From assembly GCA_963758525.1 (NCBI GenBank), contig CAVWVQ010000003.1, forward strand, positions 640,001-704,000: DNA of 64,000 bases, in the 5' to 3' direction. The stretch is from an uncultured Phycisphaerales bacterium (GTDB lineage Bacteria; Planctomycetota; Phycisphaerae; Tepidisphaerales; Tepidisphaeraceae). The translations under genes and the position numbers were made by a program. Positions 31,362 through 42,537 of this stretch are shown here, one piece after another (positions within the stretch are counted from its first letter, which is position 1; every line of letters starts with the position of its first letter). Under the pieces are notes generated by a model, which was given only the letters and a program-made list of their open reading frames with translations, was not told the DNA's origin and did not search any database.

Positions 31362-33272
31362 GTGAGCTCGCTTCCAGCCAGCGTTCAACGCCAAGACCAC
31401 CGAAGAGTCGTTTGCATCTGCCTGTTTCTGGTCGCGATCGTCTGGCTGGTATTCGGCCAAACTGCACGCTTCGATTTCACCAATTATGACGACGGGGAAT
31501 ATGTCTACGAAAACCCGCACGTGCTCGGAGGGTTCACCGCCCAAAATGCCGCGTGGGCATTCACCTCGTTTTACGCATCCAACTGGCATCCGCTCACCTG
31601 GTTGACGCACATCGCTGACGAGCAGATCCACGGCACTGCCGCCGGCGGGCATCATGTCACCAACGTGCTGCTCCATTCGCTTGCGGTTGTGCTGCTGTTT
31701 CTCGTGCTGAACGAAATGACTGGTGCGATCTGGCGAAGCGCTTTTGTGGCGGTGGTTTTCGCGGTGCATCCCCAGCGCGTGGAGTCGGTTGCCTGGGTCG
31801 CGGAGCGCAAGGACGTGCTCAGCGGCGTCTTCTTCATGCTGACGCTGGCGGCATATCTGCATTACATACGCGGTCGCTCGGTTGGACGATATCTGTCGAT
31901 CGTTCTCTGCTTTGGGCTGGGGCTGATGTCCAAGCCATCGATTGTGACGCTGCCATTTGTGCTTCTGTTGCTGGACTTTTGGCCGTTGCGGCGGATCTGT
32001 TCGGCGCGCGACACGAGCGGCCGCTTGAGGTTGGGTCAATTGCTCATTGAAAAGGCGCCGCTTCTTCTGATGTCGGCGGCCTCCTGCTGGGTGACCGTGC
32101 TGGCGCAGCACCGCGCCATCATGCCGATCACCAGGTTGCCGTTGACCATGCGGCTCGCAAACGCCAGTTGGTCTTATCTGGCGTACCTTTGGCAAATGAT
32201 CGATCCCATGAACTTGGCGGTGCTCTACCCGCTGCAAATTCCGCCGTGGTGGGCGGTGGCGTTATCGGTAACGTTCCTGATCGCTGTTTCCGGCGTGGCG
32301 GTGATTTTGAGGAAGACGCAGCCATGGATTCTGGTCGGCTGGCTGTGGTACCTGGGAGTATTGCTCCCGATGATCGGGCTGATGCAGGTCGGATCGCAGT
32401 CGTGCGCCGATCGTTACACGTATCTCTCGCAGATCGGCGTCGCGATCGCGCTGACATGGACGGCGGCGGAATTCGGCAAACGCCTGCGTTATGGAAACAT
32501 TCTGCTCGGAAGCGCCGCGGGGCTGGCAACCGTCGGCATGGCTGCGGTGGCATTCGGTCAGGTATCGGTGTGGCATGACAGCGAAACCCTGTGGACGCAC
32601 ACGCTGGCGAATACCGAGCGCAACTCCGTCGCACATAATTTGCTCGCGGTGGCGCTGGTGAAGGATGGCCGCGTGAATGAGGCGCTGTCTCACTTCAGAA
32701 CTTCGATGCGAATCAATCCCAATGATGCCGGCACCTACCTGCACATGGGCATCGCGCTGGCCAAGCAAGGCTCCCTCGATGAGGCGATCGTGCGGTTGCA
32801 ACAGGGATTGCGGCTGGCGCCCAATGAGGCGGGTCCGGAGTGTGATCTGGCGCTGGCACTGGCTGGGAAAGGACGATTGCAGGAGGCGATCGTTCACTAT
32901 CGAAAGTCTCTGGAGCTCGACCCGGATGTTGCTGAGACGCAGAACGATCTTGCCTGGCTGCTGGCAACAGCACCGGATGCGAAACTGCGAAATGGTGCCG
33001 AGGCGATAACGCTGGCTGAACGAGCGTGCGATCAGACCAACCGCAAGATTGCTACGTATCTCGATACCTTGGGAGCGGCCTACGCGGAGCAAGGGCGATT
33101 TCCCGAAGCGGTCGCCGCCGCCAGAGCGGCGCTCCAACTGGTCCAGAGGCAACCGGCGATGGCGGAGCAAATCAATCAACGACTGATAGCGTATGAACAG
33201 GGCAAGCCGTGGAGAGATCAGGCGGCGGCGCAGTCTGGCCGAGATGGAAAAATCCCGGCGATCATCGAGTGA
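31362..33272 (+). CDS. TMTC-like membrane glycosyltransferase with TPR repeats (2)
   Basis: YDD motif, NWHPLTW, HPQRVESVAWVAERKD, ADRYTYL, TPRs. Confidence 0.88.
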   Translation: MSSLPASVQRQDHRRVVCICLFLVAIVWLVFGQTARFDFTNYDDGEYVYENPHVLGGFTAQNAAWAFTSFYASNWHPLTWLTHIADEQIHGTAAGGHHVTNVLLHSLAVVLLFLVLNEMTGAIWRSAFVAVVFAVHPQRVESVAWVAERKDVLSGVFFMLTLAAYLHYIRGRSVGRYLSIVLCFGLGLMSKPSIVTLPFVLLLLDFWPLRRICSARDTSGRLRLGQLLIEKAPLLLMSAASCWVTVLAQHRAIMPITRLPLTMRLANASWSYLAYLWQMIDPMNLAVLYPLQIPPWWAVALSVTFLIAVSGVAVILRKTQPWILVGWLWYLGVLLPMIGLMQVGSQSCADRYTYLSQIGVAIALTWTAAEFGKRLRYGNILLGSAAGLATVGMAAVAFGQVSVWHDSETLWTHTLANTERNSVAHNLLAVALVKDGRVNEALSHFRTSMRINPNDAGTYLHMGIALAKQGSLDEAIVRLQQGLRLAPNEAGPECDLALALAGKGRLQEAIVHYRKSLELDPDVAETQNDLAWLLATAPDAKLRNGAEAITLAERACDQTNRKIATYLDTLGAAYAEQGRFPEAVAAARAALQLVQRQPAMAEQINQRLIAYEQGKPWRDQAAAQSGRDGKIPAIIE

Positions 33273-34983
33273 TCTTGAGAACGATCGCCGAATCCGCGTA
33301 AGCGCCGGGCTTTTGCGCCGGCAGCGTGACGTGCAATCCTGTCGCGTCGCGGTTGAATTCGATCGGAGCGGCGGCCCCGAGAAGCTGGACCGCGTCAATT
33401 TTTTCGGGAAACATCGCTGCCCCCTCGGCCAGGTTCTTCACCGTCACCTGGCCGTCCGCGGGCCAGCCAAGCACGATCGCGTAGAGGGTTTTACCGTCTT
33501 TGGAAGCGGTGAAGCGGATGTCCTGGGGCCCCAGAGGTTTGGCCTTTGATTCGGGCGCCGCGGCGGCGGCTTTGGTGGTCGCCGCGGATGCCTCCGCCAT
33601 CGCGCTTTCGGCGGCAGGACCTTCACCGAACACGCTCCAGGGTCGCGTGCTGTAGATCCCCTGGCCATTCACGTCCAGCCATGCGCCCATTTCATCGAGG
33701 AACTGCAGTTCATCTTCATCGAGCGTGCCATCGCTGCGGACGGGAACGCTGAGCATCAGATTTCCGTTTTTGCTGACGATGTCTGCCAGGGTCCGGATGA
33801 CGTCAGGGCTCTTCTTGTACCCATGATGCTCGGCGAGGCCCCGGCTGTAATGCCACTGCCCGATGCAAGTGTCGGTTTGCCAGGGTTGGGGCAGAATCGT
33901 TTCCGCGCCGCCGCGTTCGATGTCGAACATCAGGGCCTGGCGGCGTTCGAGGGTCAATTTCTTGGCAGCAATGACGGCTTCCAATTGTCCGTTGTGCAGC
34001 GCCATGTTGGTGTTGTAAAAATGAGCGGCCAGACGAAGACCAACGGACGGGTCATCGTTGTAGAGGGGAAGGCCGCCGGAAATGTCGTCATCGAAGTACA
34101 ACAGGTCGGGGTGATACTTGTTGATCAGGTCCATCGTCCGATTAAAGAATTTCTGCATGTAGTAGGCGCTGGGCCTGGCCTTGGGCGCGTGGTTCTGAGA
34201 ATAGAGTTCCTGGGGATCCAGCCCGTCCCACCAGAGTCCCTTCCCATCGGCGGCGGTGAGCCTCCCATCGTATTGCACGCCGGCCTTGGGCCCGTCCTGA
34301 TCCGAGCGGAGCGTCCCATTATTCCAGTCCCAGGCGCGCGCCGCGTGAACGCTCACGCCAAAGCGCAGCCCGGCAGCCCGCGCGGCTTTTTCCCAGCCGG
34401 CGATGAGATCTTTTTGCGGGCCGATGTTGACGGAATTCCACGCCTGATATTTGCTGTCCCAAGTGTCGAAATTGTCGTGGTGATTGGCCAGCGCCATGAA
34501 GTATCTGGCGCCGGCCTTCTTGTACCGCGCCATGAGCTTCTCGGGGTCCCAATGCTCGGCTTTCCATAAGGGAATGACATCCTTGAAGCCAAAAACTGAT
34601 GGATGGCCGTAGTGCTCAACGTGGTAGACGTAGTCGGGATTCGGCTTGCCCTGCTTGTTGTATTGCCAGTACATGTTGCGGGCGTACCAGTCCCCCTGCT
34701 CGGGCTCGCACTGCGGGCCCCAATGCGCCCAGATGCCAAACTTCGCGTCGCGGAACCATTCAGGCGTCTGATATTTTTCCAGGGATTTCCATTCGGGAGT
34801 GAACGCCCCTTCCGCCACCGGCTCGGCTGCCGCGTTTGCTTCGTGGGCGGCCCTTTGCAACGCGGAGAAACGAGCGGCGTCCTCCGCGGATGCGGGGCCT
34901 GAACTCAGCGCCATCGCCATTGCCAGCACGCTCCCGGCGGTCAAAAGGTTCGAAAGCGGCGATTTCAAATGGAAGAATGTCAT
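33262..34983 (-). CDS. GH29 alpha-L-fucosidase (2)
   Basis: WFRDAKFGIWAHWG, HHDNFD, LYFDD, DIVSKNGNLMLS; RBS before ATG 34983. Confidence 0.9.
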   Translation of the reverse strand: MTFFHLKSPLSNLLTAGSVLAMAMALSSGPASAEDAARFSALQRAAHEANAAAEPVAEGAFTPEWKSLEKYQTPEWFRDAKFGIWAHWGPQCEPEQGDWYARNMYWQYNKQGKPNPDYVYHVEHYGHPSVFGFKDVIPLWKAEHWDPEKLMARYKKAGARYFMALANHHDNFDTWDSKYQAWNSVNIGPQKDLIAGWEKAARAAGLRFGVSVHAARAWDWNNGTLRSDQDGPKAGVQYDGRLTAADGKGLWWDGLDPQELYSQNHAPKARPSAYYMQKFFNRTMDLINKYHPDLLYFDDDISGGLPLYNDDPSVGLRLAAHFYNTNMALHNGQLEAVIAAKKLTLERRQALMFDIERGGAETILPQPWQTDTCIGQWHYSRGLAEHHGYKKSPDVIRTLADIVSKNGNLMLSVPVRSDGTLDEDELQFLDEMGAWLDVNGQGIYSTRPWSVFGEGPAAESAMAEASAATTKAAAAAPESKAKPLGPQDIRFTASKDGKTLYAIVLGWPADGQVTVKNLAEGAAMFPEKIDAVQLLGAAAPIEFNRDATGLHVTLPAQKPGAYADSAIVLKITR

Positions 34984-35075
34984 GGCTTTCCTTACGTTAC
35001 TGGCTTTCCAGATCAACTGATGAAGATCGCAGCTGCTGGCGATTTCCCAAGCTGTCTTGCGTCGCCCCTCATGAA

Positions 35076-37525
35076 TCACTCGACCGACACCAGTTCCTTG
35101 CCAGCACGCGTCAGGTTGATACGGGTTCGTCCGTCGGGCGACTTGGTGAATTTGACGATGTCTTTCTGATCCGACCATGCAATGGCAAGTTGGGTGTGGT
35201 CGCCGTTCCACTGCGTCATCGGTTGCTCGTCTCCTTCGCGATACGGAAAGAGAAGGGTTTTGAAATCGGGCGCCACTGAGTTGCTGGTGATGACCAGCCG
35301 GTGCATCTCGATCGGCCTCTGCGGTGGATTCGGCAGGCTGTATGTCTCCACCGCCGCGGGGCGCTCGGATCGCTCCCTTCGACATTCAATGGCCGCACCA
35401 GCATAAAGCGGGACTTACCTTCCCCCTTCTGCTTCTCGCCGAGAACCACGTCATTTCTGTATGATCCATTTTCTGAATCATGCACTGCCGGGACCTGCAC
35501 TAAGTCGTCTTCAAGCGTCATCCCCCACTGGTATACGTGCGGCGAGGCGTCTTTCTGGATGTCGTCGACGATGAGCACATACGGATGCTTGCCGCGTATC
35601 AGCCCGGCCGTGCGGAAGGCGCGCTGCACGGGGCTGCGGGGGATCCACTTTTCCGAACCCTTCCACGACGTTTGCCAATAGGGCAAGTCACTCCACGGCA
35701 TGCTCATCCAGGGCAGCTCGCTCTTGTGCAGACGAAAATCATTTGCGACGAAGGGGACGCTCTCGCCGCCCTTCGGAAAACGGTTGTTGCCGCCGGTGGT
35801 CCAGTCCCAGGCCGGCTTGGCGTCGGCCGCGATGAACGTCGCCTCGGGATTGTCGATCATCGCATCACAGCGGCACGTCGCCATTCCGGGGCCTTCGCCG
35901 TCGATCAGAACGACCGAGCGATTCTTCGGCAGATAGTGCTCCTCCACCTGCCGCAGCGGTTTGTAAATTGCCCAATAGCGACCCAGCGCGTGAATGCTGA
36001 AATGCGTCCGATCGGCGTACTGATGTCCGCCGGAAATACTACGGGTCAGGAAATGAAGCTGAAGCGCGTCCTTGTCCCACGCGCTGCTCGTGATGAGGTT
36101 GCCGGTCGCATCGCTGAACCACGTCAGTGGCTTCCCCGCGGTGGCGTCCTGGTGAGCCTGGTCCCAGCTCCTGGCGCATAGTCTTCGGCGAAAATCGCCT
36201 GGATCAACCCATCGGACACATGGAACGGATGGCCGAAATGCACGGCGCCCTTGAACGCAGCGTAGTCTTCGCCCACGGTATTGCGATAGACGAAATCGGT
36301 CGCGGCATCGTTGGGAAATAGATGCTTCATCAACAGCACGTCAAACATCGGCGTGGTATTCCCCCGCCCGCCCAATGAGTCGTAGAAGGTAAAGTGCCCT
36401 CCCCAGGGATCCATCGCGTGAAGATAATAATCATCCACCTGCGCCCGCAACGACTTCAGTGCGATCAGGTCGTTCCCCCGATTCGCAATCGGGATCAGAT
36501 TCTCAGTGCAGATGAAGTTCTTACCCATGCTCTCGTACATGTCGCCGGCGGGAAACAGCCCCACGCTCAGGTACCGCTTATACCCCTCCACGCAGCGCTG
36601 ATAGGCGCCGGCGTCATACCCTTTTTCTCCCTCGATGGCGCAGCAGAGAAAAATGAGGCGCATGTGCATGGGGATCCAGTTGGACGTGTTGGCGGGAAAC
36701 GCCGGCAATCCCTCGGCACAGAGAATCGTCATGTTGTCCGACGCCTTGGCGATCACTTCCCGCGCCGCATCGCGCTGATCGCCGGTCATCCACTGATAGC
36801 CAAAGTCGTACCCCAGTCCGAGCAACCCGTGCTGCGTAAGGCCTTTGGTTTCCTGATAGTCATGCAGCGGCGGCATGATCGCGCCCGGTGCGGGCTTGCC
36901 GCGCTGCTTGGCAAAGCTCTTGTCCAGTTCCGCGCCATCCAACCTGGCTAAAGTGACTAACGCCGCCGCTGCCTTCTTCCCACCTGCCTGGTCGTTATCG
37001 ATCAGGCAACGAAACGTTTCGTAAATCATTGCGCAGGAAACTTCCACATCCAGCATCTCTGCCGATCCGTCACCACGAACGGCCGCCGCATACAGCATCC
37101 GCATATTTTGCATTGGGCCCGGTGAGATCCCGCTGCAGCATCGTCCGGATGCCATTCATCTGCAGCGTGCCCGCCTTCGACCCACCGGCCAGTTTTCTTC
37201 GCATCTCAGGAAGATCATCCGCCTGGAACAACACCCGTGGATGCGCTCCCGGCGCCGGTGGCGCTTTGATCCGGTCGGCAGCAATCCCGGTCGCGTCGTA
37301 GTTGAAGACCTGCGGATAGTCGAAGTACTTGTGGATCTCCTCGTCGGTATATCCAAAGTTGTCATTCCGCTTGACCATCGCCATGCCGAGATGCTCGGTG
37401 ACGCTATACGCGTCAGTTCGAGCAGGCCCGACGGATTCGGCTGCAAATGTGAGCGCCGAACCAGCCAGTGCAGCCGCCCCAACGGCGAGCGTCGCGAAAA
37501 CCCTTTGAGATCGCCCAATGATCAT
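35076..37525 (-). CDS. Heparinase II/III-like protein (paralog 1); frameshifts near 37095, 36170 and 35370
   Basis: Signal peptide; PAPGAHPRVLF, AIEGEKGYD, GHQYADRTHFSIHALG, DDIQKD...HVYQW shared with paralogs. Confidence 0.7.
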
Positions 37526-37788
37526 TTTGTGTTCTTTCCAACTGGAAATCGCCCCGCTCCGACCGAAATATCACGGCCCCGGGCTACAGCATCAGCTAAC
37601 GCTGCCATATTTACTATTTTTCACAACTTCCGTTGATGCTACGGGGTTTCAGCTCGGCCAATACCTGCCGATCACGGCACAAATTAGCCTTTTGGTGGGA
37701 TTTTTGGAAGGAAAACCGGGATGTCTGATAGTCGGTAAATACGAAGTACGCGTTGGAAAAGCGCCGTTCGAGCCCTTTCTTCCCGTGT

Positions 37789-40032
37789 TCACGGGAGCGA
37801 GCCGCCGTTGGGGAGAACGATGTCCTGTTTGCGCTGGGGCGGTGAAACAAGCAGACTGACAAGCTTCCCGCCGGCTACCTCTCCTTGAAGTGTTGTCTCG
37901 AACGGTGCATGTAGTTTGAAGTGGGCCTCCCAATTGCTGGGCCAGGCAGGAAGCAGCAGAATCTTTCGGCCGTCGATCTGCATCAGCATTTCCTGAAGTC
38001 CGTTCTCGCCATTTCCGCCGTTGTCTTCATCGGGCATGTAGTCATGGCCTCGGGCCCAGAAGGCGGGGAACTTCAGCGCGGGATCTTTTCGGGTGAGATC
38101 GAACGTGACATCCTTCTGGGCAAGGTCTGTCAGGCCAAGCATGGCTGACTGGATCGGGTCCTGCACCCAGCAGCCGGTGGTCTTGTTTTTTCGCATGGCG
38201 AACGTGTTCAGCGCGACATCCAGGTCAGGCCGGCCAAGGCCGTACAGTCGGAAGGGATAGATTGCGTAGAGCTCGGGATTTTCCGAGTTGTGCGCTTTTG
38301 CCGTCTGCTCCCCTTCGTACGGCAGCAGCACTTTCTTGCCATCGATCATCCCCGTGGGAAGATCGGGCAGTTCACCCTGGATTCGCGTCCAGTTGGCACG
38401 CGTATTCTGGTCAACCAGATCAGCAGGCAGCGCAAGAAGCCGGGCGAGCACCGCGTGCAGGCCGGCAATGTCGGGCGCGGGATTGTGCACCTTCCAATAC
38501 ATCTCAATGGCGTTGTCCGGATCGAGCACCAGCTTGCCGGCAGCATCGTGTGGAAAATGCTGATCGAAAAACGTGAGGATGGCATTGGCGATCGGGAAGA
38601 CGGTGTCGGGAAGGAAAGTCTTGTCGTCCGTGTACTCGTAGTAGTCGAGTCCCATCATGCTCAACTCGAGCAGATCGGTGAAATAATTGGCGGTGTAACT
38701 TCCTTTGCCGTTGCTCGTGAGGTTCTGAAAGCCGCCCCAAAATGGCGCCGTTTCCGCGCAATAGGCCCCGTCGTGGTTGTAATATTGCTTCACCAGCGCC
38801 GCATTAGCGGGAAGCATGTCGCGATACATGTTGAACAACGGCAACATCTCGTCGAAGTCGCCGGCCATGAGCCTGGGCCAGTACATCGCCCGGGTGTTCT
38901 GAAACCAGTATTGCCCGCCCCAGGCGCGAAAGTCGGCGGTGACCGGCTGAATCACCGGAGGCTTGCCGCCCATGTTTTCAGCAGGATGGTCAACAACGAA
39001 GGTCGAGCCGTTGAATTTGATGGGATATGCTCCGCGACCGGCGCAGGCAGTGACAAACCGTTGCAAGACGTATCCTTCGGTCGTCTCTTTCGCCTTGGCC
39101 TCGCCGGTGAGGAAGATCCAGCTTCGGTCCCAGAACTGGTCCCACCATCGCTGATGTTCCTGCCGGGTTTTTTCCAGATCCAGCGCGGCAATGTCTTTTG
39201 CCTGCCGTTCCAATTTGCTCACCCACGCCTCCACCGGTGAAGCCGGCGTGGTGAGCGGGTAAATGGAGATCAGTTGTGAAGTGCAGGGGGCGGCGGATTG
39301 CAGCGTCTTTGCATCGATTGCTTTCAGCCCGTCGCCCTGAATCAGCGCTCCGAAGGTCCAGTCCAGAACATGTGGCTCTGAGCCGGGGCCATCGTGGTGA
39401 TACCAGACGATCTGATCTTTCTGGTCGGGAACGATCGTGTCCGGGCTCAGCTTCTTGATTTTCTCCGTTCGCCAGTCTTCCAGAGCAACTCGCACCGATT
39501 CAGGTTGCTCGCTACGCGCTTCCACGCGGATGACCGGGTGATTCGCATCGACCCAAATGCGGAAAGTTGTCTGTGCGTCGTCTTTGCCTTGCCGGATCTC
39601 GATCTCACCTTCATGCAGTTTCAAGACCTGTACGACCGGAACGTCCGCGGTCGAGTCCCTCGGGCTCATCGAAACCCGGATGCGCCCGAGCTTGGCCAAC
39701 CCGAGCTGATCGTTGGGATTTTCCGTCCAGGCATCCGACTTGCCGATGTAGAAAACAACATCGCCGGTCGGTTCGGTCCAGACGTTCAATGAGATGTCCC
39801 CATTTCCCAGCGGCATTGAGTCAGCAGAGCTCTTGCCCGGCTCGTTCCAAACCACATTGCACCCATTGAGCGCCTTGACGTGATCGAACCCGCCATCGTC
39901 GGCTCGGGCAAGCGGGAGAAAGAGGCAGGGCCGCAAGAAAACGCAAATGATGCAAAGGAGAAGGCAGGGGCTGCGTCTGGTTTGATTGTTGCTGCATTTG
40001 ACTCCTGTGAACGTTGGATTTTCGGTGGCCAT
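37789..40032 (-). CDS. GH95-like / DUF5703 glycoside hydrolase
   Basis: SMPLGNGD, IKFNG, YWFQN, C-terminal LLPAWPSNW; AGGAGA RBS before ATG 40032. Confidence 0.75.
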   Translation of the reverse strand: MATENPTFTGVKCSNNQTRRSPCLLLCIICVFLRPCLFLPLARADDGGFDHVKALNGCNVVWNEPGKSSADSMPLGNGDISLNVWTEPTGDVVFYIGKSDAWTENPNDQLGLAKLGRIRVSMSPRDSTADVPVVQVLKLHEGEIEIRQGKDDAQTTFRIWVDANHPVIRVEARSEQPESVRVALEDWRTEKIKKLSPDTIVPDQKDQIVWYHHDGPGSEPHVLDWTFGALIQGDGLKAIDAKTLQSAAPCTSQLISIYPLTTPASPVEAWVSKLERQAKDIAALDLEKTRQEHQRWWDQFWDRSWIFLTGEAKAKETTEGYVLQRFVTACAGRGAYPIKFNGSTFVVDHPAENMGGKPPVIQPVTADFRAWGGQYWFQNTRAMYWPRLMAGDFDEMLPLFNMYRDMLPANAALVKQYYNHDGAYCAETAPFWGGFQNLTSNGKGSYTANYFTDLLELSMMGLDYYEYTDDKTFLPDTVFPIANAILTFFDQHFPHDAAGKLVLDPDNAIEMYWKVHNPAPDIAGLHAVLARLLALPADLVDQNTRANWTRIQGELPDLPTGMIDGKKVLLPYEGEQTAKAHNSENPELYAIYPFRLYGLGRPDLDVALNTFAMRKNKTTGCWVQDPIQSAMLGLTDLAQKDVTFDLTRKDPALKFPAFWARGHDYMPDEDNGGNGENGLQEMLMQIDGRKILLLPAWPSNWEAHFKLHAPFETTLQGEVAGGKLVSLLVSPPQRKQDIVLPNGGSLP

Positions 40033-40240
40033 GTTCTCCTCGTAATCGACGGCGCTGGTTCTGCTGGAGGACGATGCTGGGTTGGCGAATATCGGCACGC
40101 GAACTACCTCCCGCCGTTCTCCATGCGGCGCCGAGGTCCGCAGAAGAGCCGACAACGTTCATCACCGTGACCGCGCCCACTGACCGGCTCTTCAGCGGAC
40201 CCTACGACAATTTGGGAACTGGGCACACCCATATTGCGGG

Positions 40241-41815
40241 CTACCGTCCGACGCGAAAATAGTCGAAGTCGGCAAAGACTCCGTGCGCAGCCGGCGTCGA
40301 TGACAGGGCGAAGACGCCGACTTTTGCTCCCATCCATCCACCTTCCTTTGCCTGAAAGAATTGATCGATTGCGACGAAGTGTCCAGTGACGCCTGCATAG
40401 CTGAACCGGCACGTGGCGGTGGAATCGACGGCGACTCTCAATCGCATGGTTTTGGCTGGAGCCTCGGCACGAAACCGCGGCTCGCCGTTGATGCGCAGGA
40501 CGCATAGGGCGCCGTCGGCGCCTCGCTCCAGCGCGAGCGCGGCGCTTTCGCCGCCTCCGACGATTGCCAGGCCGGCAGAGATTCCGCCGTTTGCGGCAGT
40601 TGCATCCACCAATGTCTCGGCCGAGAAACCGCGGGCTGGGAACTTCTGCATCAGCAGGTTTGGCACTCGCGACAGATCCTTATTTGCTTCAGCCTGAGCG
40701 AAGAGGCGCAGCCAGCCGGGGCGATCGGCCAGCGAATACCAGTCATTTGCATGATTCGCCTGCCATTGCCATTGCAATGCCAGGTTGGGTGAGTCGAATT
40801 CGTCGCTGGTCTGCGGCGAAGGTGTTTCGAAGGTTGCTCCGACGGCAGGCTTTCGCCAAGAAGCCACCGGCTCACCGATGCCGTTGCCGTCGAAGTCCTG
40901 GCCCATCAACGGCCAGTGATTTTTCCATGTGACCGGCTGCAGATGAACGATCCGGCCGAACGGGCCCGTGTCCTGAAAATGAATGAACCAGAACTCGCCG
41001 TTGGGCAGATCGATCAACGCGCCCTGGTGCGGGCCGTTGATTGATGTTGATCCGCGCTCCAGCACGATCTTTTGCTCGTAGGGCCCGAAGATGTCGCGCG
41101 CTCGAAAGGCCACTTGCCACCCCGTCGGCACGCCGCCGCCAGGCGCGAGAATGTAGTACCAGCCGTCGAACTTGTGAACCTTGGGGCCTTCCAGATAGGG
41201 ATGCTGGGGCGCATGGATGACAGCGCGCCCTTCACCGAGAAGAGCAGCGCCATCGGGCGCCATCGGGCGGATGTGAATTGTGTCGCGAATGCCGGCGCGG
41301 GAATTGGCATAGGCATGGGCGAGGTAGGCGCGGCCGTCGTCATCCCAAAAAGGGCATGGATCGATCCAGCCCCGGGCGGCCTGAAGCAACCACGGCTCAC
41401 ACCACTTCCCGGCCGGGTGTTCCGCCGTGGTCACATAGATTCCCTCGTCAGGAAGGGGAAAGAAGATCCAGAACTTCCCGGCATGGAACCGAATCGAGGG
41501 CGCCCACACGCCGCAGCCGGGCTGCACCTGCGCGTAACGGGCGCCCGGCACGTTCTGGATCGCGTGGTTGATCAGCGTCCAGTTGACCAGGTCGCGCGAG
41601 TGAAGGATCGGCAAACCCGGCGTGGCGGTGAAGCTCGACGCGACCATGTAAAACTCATCGCCCTGCCGGATCACATCCGGATCGGAGTAGTCGGCATGGA
41701 TGATCGGATTGCGATAACTGCCGTCACCGGCATCGGAACGCCAGGGATATGTATATTGCGAATCCATCAGTCTGTTCCACCTCTTGGCCGAGCCGGATTG
41801 GTCACGAGGCGTCAT
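40241..41815 (-). CDS. GH43 beta-xylosidase/arabinofuranosidase with C-terminal ConA-like domain
   Basis: NPIIHADYSDPDV, WAPSI, IDPCPFWDDDG, EGPK, GPHQG, ADFDYF. Confidence 0.9.
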   Translation of the reverse strand: MTPRDQSGSAKRWNRLMDSQYTYPWRSDAGDGSYRNPIIHADYSDPDVIRQGDEFYMVASSFTATPGLPILHSRDLVNWTLINHAIQNVPGARYAQVQPGCGVWAPSIRFHAGKFWIFFPLPDEGIYVTTAEHPAGKWCEPWLLQAARGWIDPCPFWDDDGRAYLAHAYANSRAGIRDTIHIRPMAPDGAALLGEGRAVIHAPQHPYLEGPKVHKFDGWYYILAPGGGVPTGWQVAFRARDIFGPYEQKIVLERGSTSINGPHQGALIDLPNGEFWFIHFQDTGPFGRIVHLQPVTWKNHWPLMGQDFDGNGIGEPVASWRKPAVGATFETPSPQTSDEFDSPNLALQWQWQANHANDWYSLADRPGWLRLFAQAEANKDLSRVPNLLMQKFPARGFSAETLVDATAANGGISAGLAIVGGGESAALALERGADGALCVLRINGEPRFRAEAPAKTMRLRVAVDSTATCRFSYAGVTGHFVAIDQFFQAKEGGWMGAKVGVFALSSTPAAHGVFADFDYFRVGR

Positions 41816-42168
41816 TCGGAGGCGCCAGAGGTTCGATTTGCGCGATCAATAGCGGTATATGCACCGTCGCCACTCGCCAGATCAGCGCGTCGTCGATTTC
41901 GCCGTATTCGTGCGATAACCGATGCCTCTGGGCCATGATCGGGCGCCAGGGAATTTTCGGGATGCTCAGATTTGAACGTATCTGAAATGCCGCGGGCCGC
42001 CTCACCGATGATCTCCACCTGACGCTCGACCGCGGACCGGAGCATCAAGTCTGCGGCGTACTGGTAGTACGTGCGTCCGGTCACGAAAATCTGCACCGCC
42101 TTTGCGGCGCCAAGCATGTCGAGCAACCGCGCGCCATCTCTGTTGGGGTCCGGCCGTCTACGCGGCAT
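41802..42168 (-). CDS. HEPN/DUF86 (HepT-like) toxin; +1 frameshift near 41956
   Basis: AVERQVEIIGEAA, then HPE/IPW...RHRLSHEY (RX4HXY). Confidence 0.85.
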
Positions 42169-42466
42169 AGACCACCTGGTAACTGCTCATGATCGCTTTG
42201 CGACGAATGGGGTTGCGGACTCGCCCTTTTTCAATAACGTCGACGGGGCGGTTGAAGATCCGTTGCAGTTCATCCTGAATATCGGGCGTATTTTCGAACG
42301 TAAATCCGCGACCCGGCAAAAACTGCAGCATCACATCAATATCGCTGTCAGCTTCAAAATCCTCTCGCAGAACCGAACCGAACAGCGCGAATTCGGCAAC
42401 GCCAAATCTTCGGCAGAAGGCTTCGATCTGAACCCTGGGCAATTCGATCTTTACACCGTCGACCAT
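42158..42466 (-). CDS. Minimal nucleotidyltransferase (MNT) antitoxin
   Basis: LFGSVLREDFEADSDID, RPVDV; overlaps the HEPN start. Confidence 0.9.
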   Translation of the reverse strand: MVDGVKIELPRVQIEAFCRRFGVAEFALFGSVLREDFEADSDIDVMLQFLPGRGFTFENTPDIQDELQRIFNRPVDVIEKGRVRNPIRRKAIMSSYQVVYAA

Positions 42467-42537
42467 CGAGTCGCCTCAACTTTCAAAGTACGTGAAACCA
42501 GATTTTCGCCTGCCCAAAACTCCGCTGCAAGCCCCCA

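Noticed and set aside
34984..35385. Long N-terminal extensions in the ORF track (33262-35385, 11388, 16738, 27287, 52311, 48438)
   Set aside because: Downstream ATGs with an RBS, a signal peptide or a paralog-matched start fit better, and some extensions overlap neighbouring genes.
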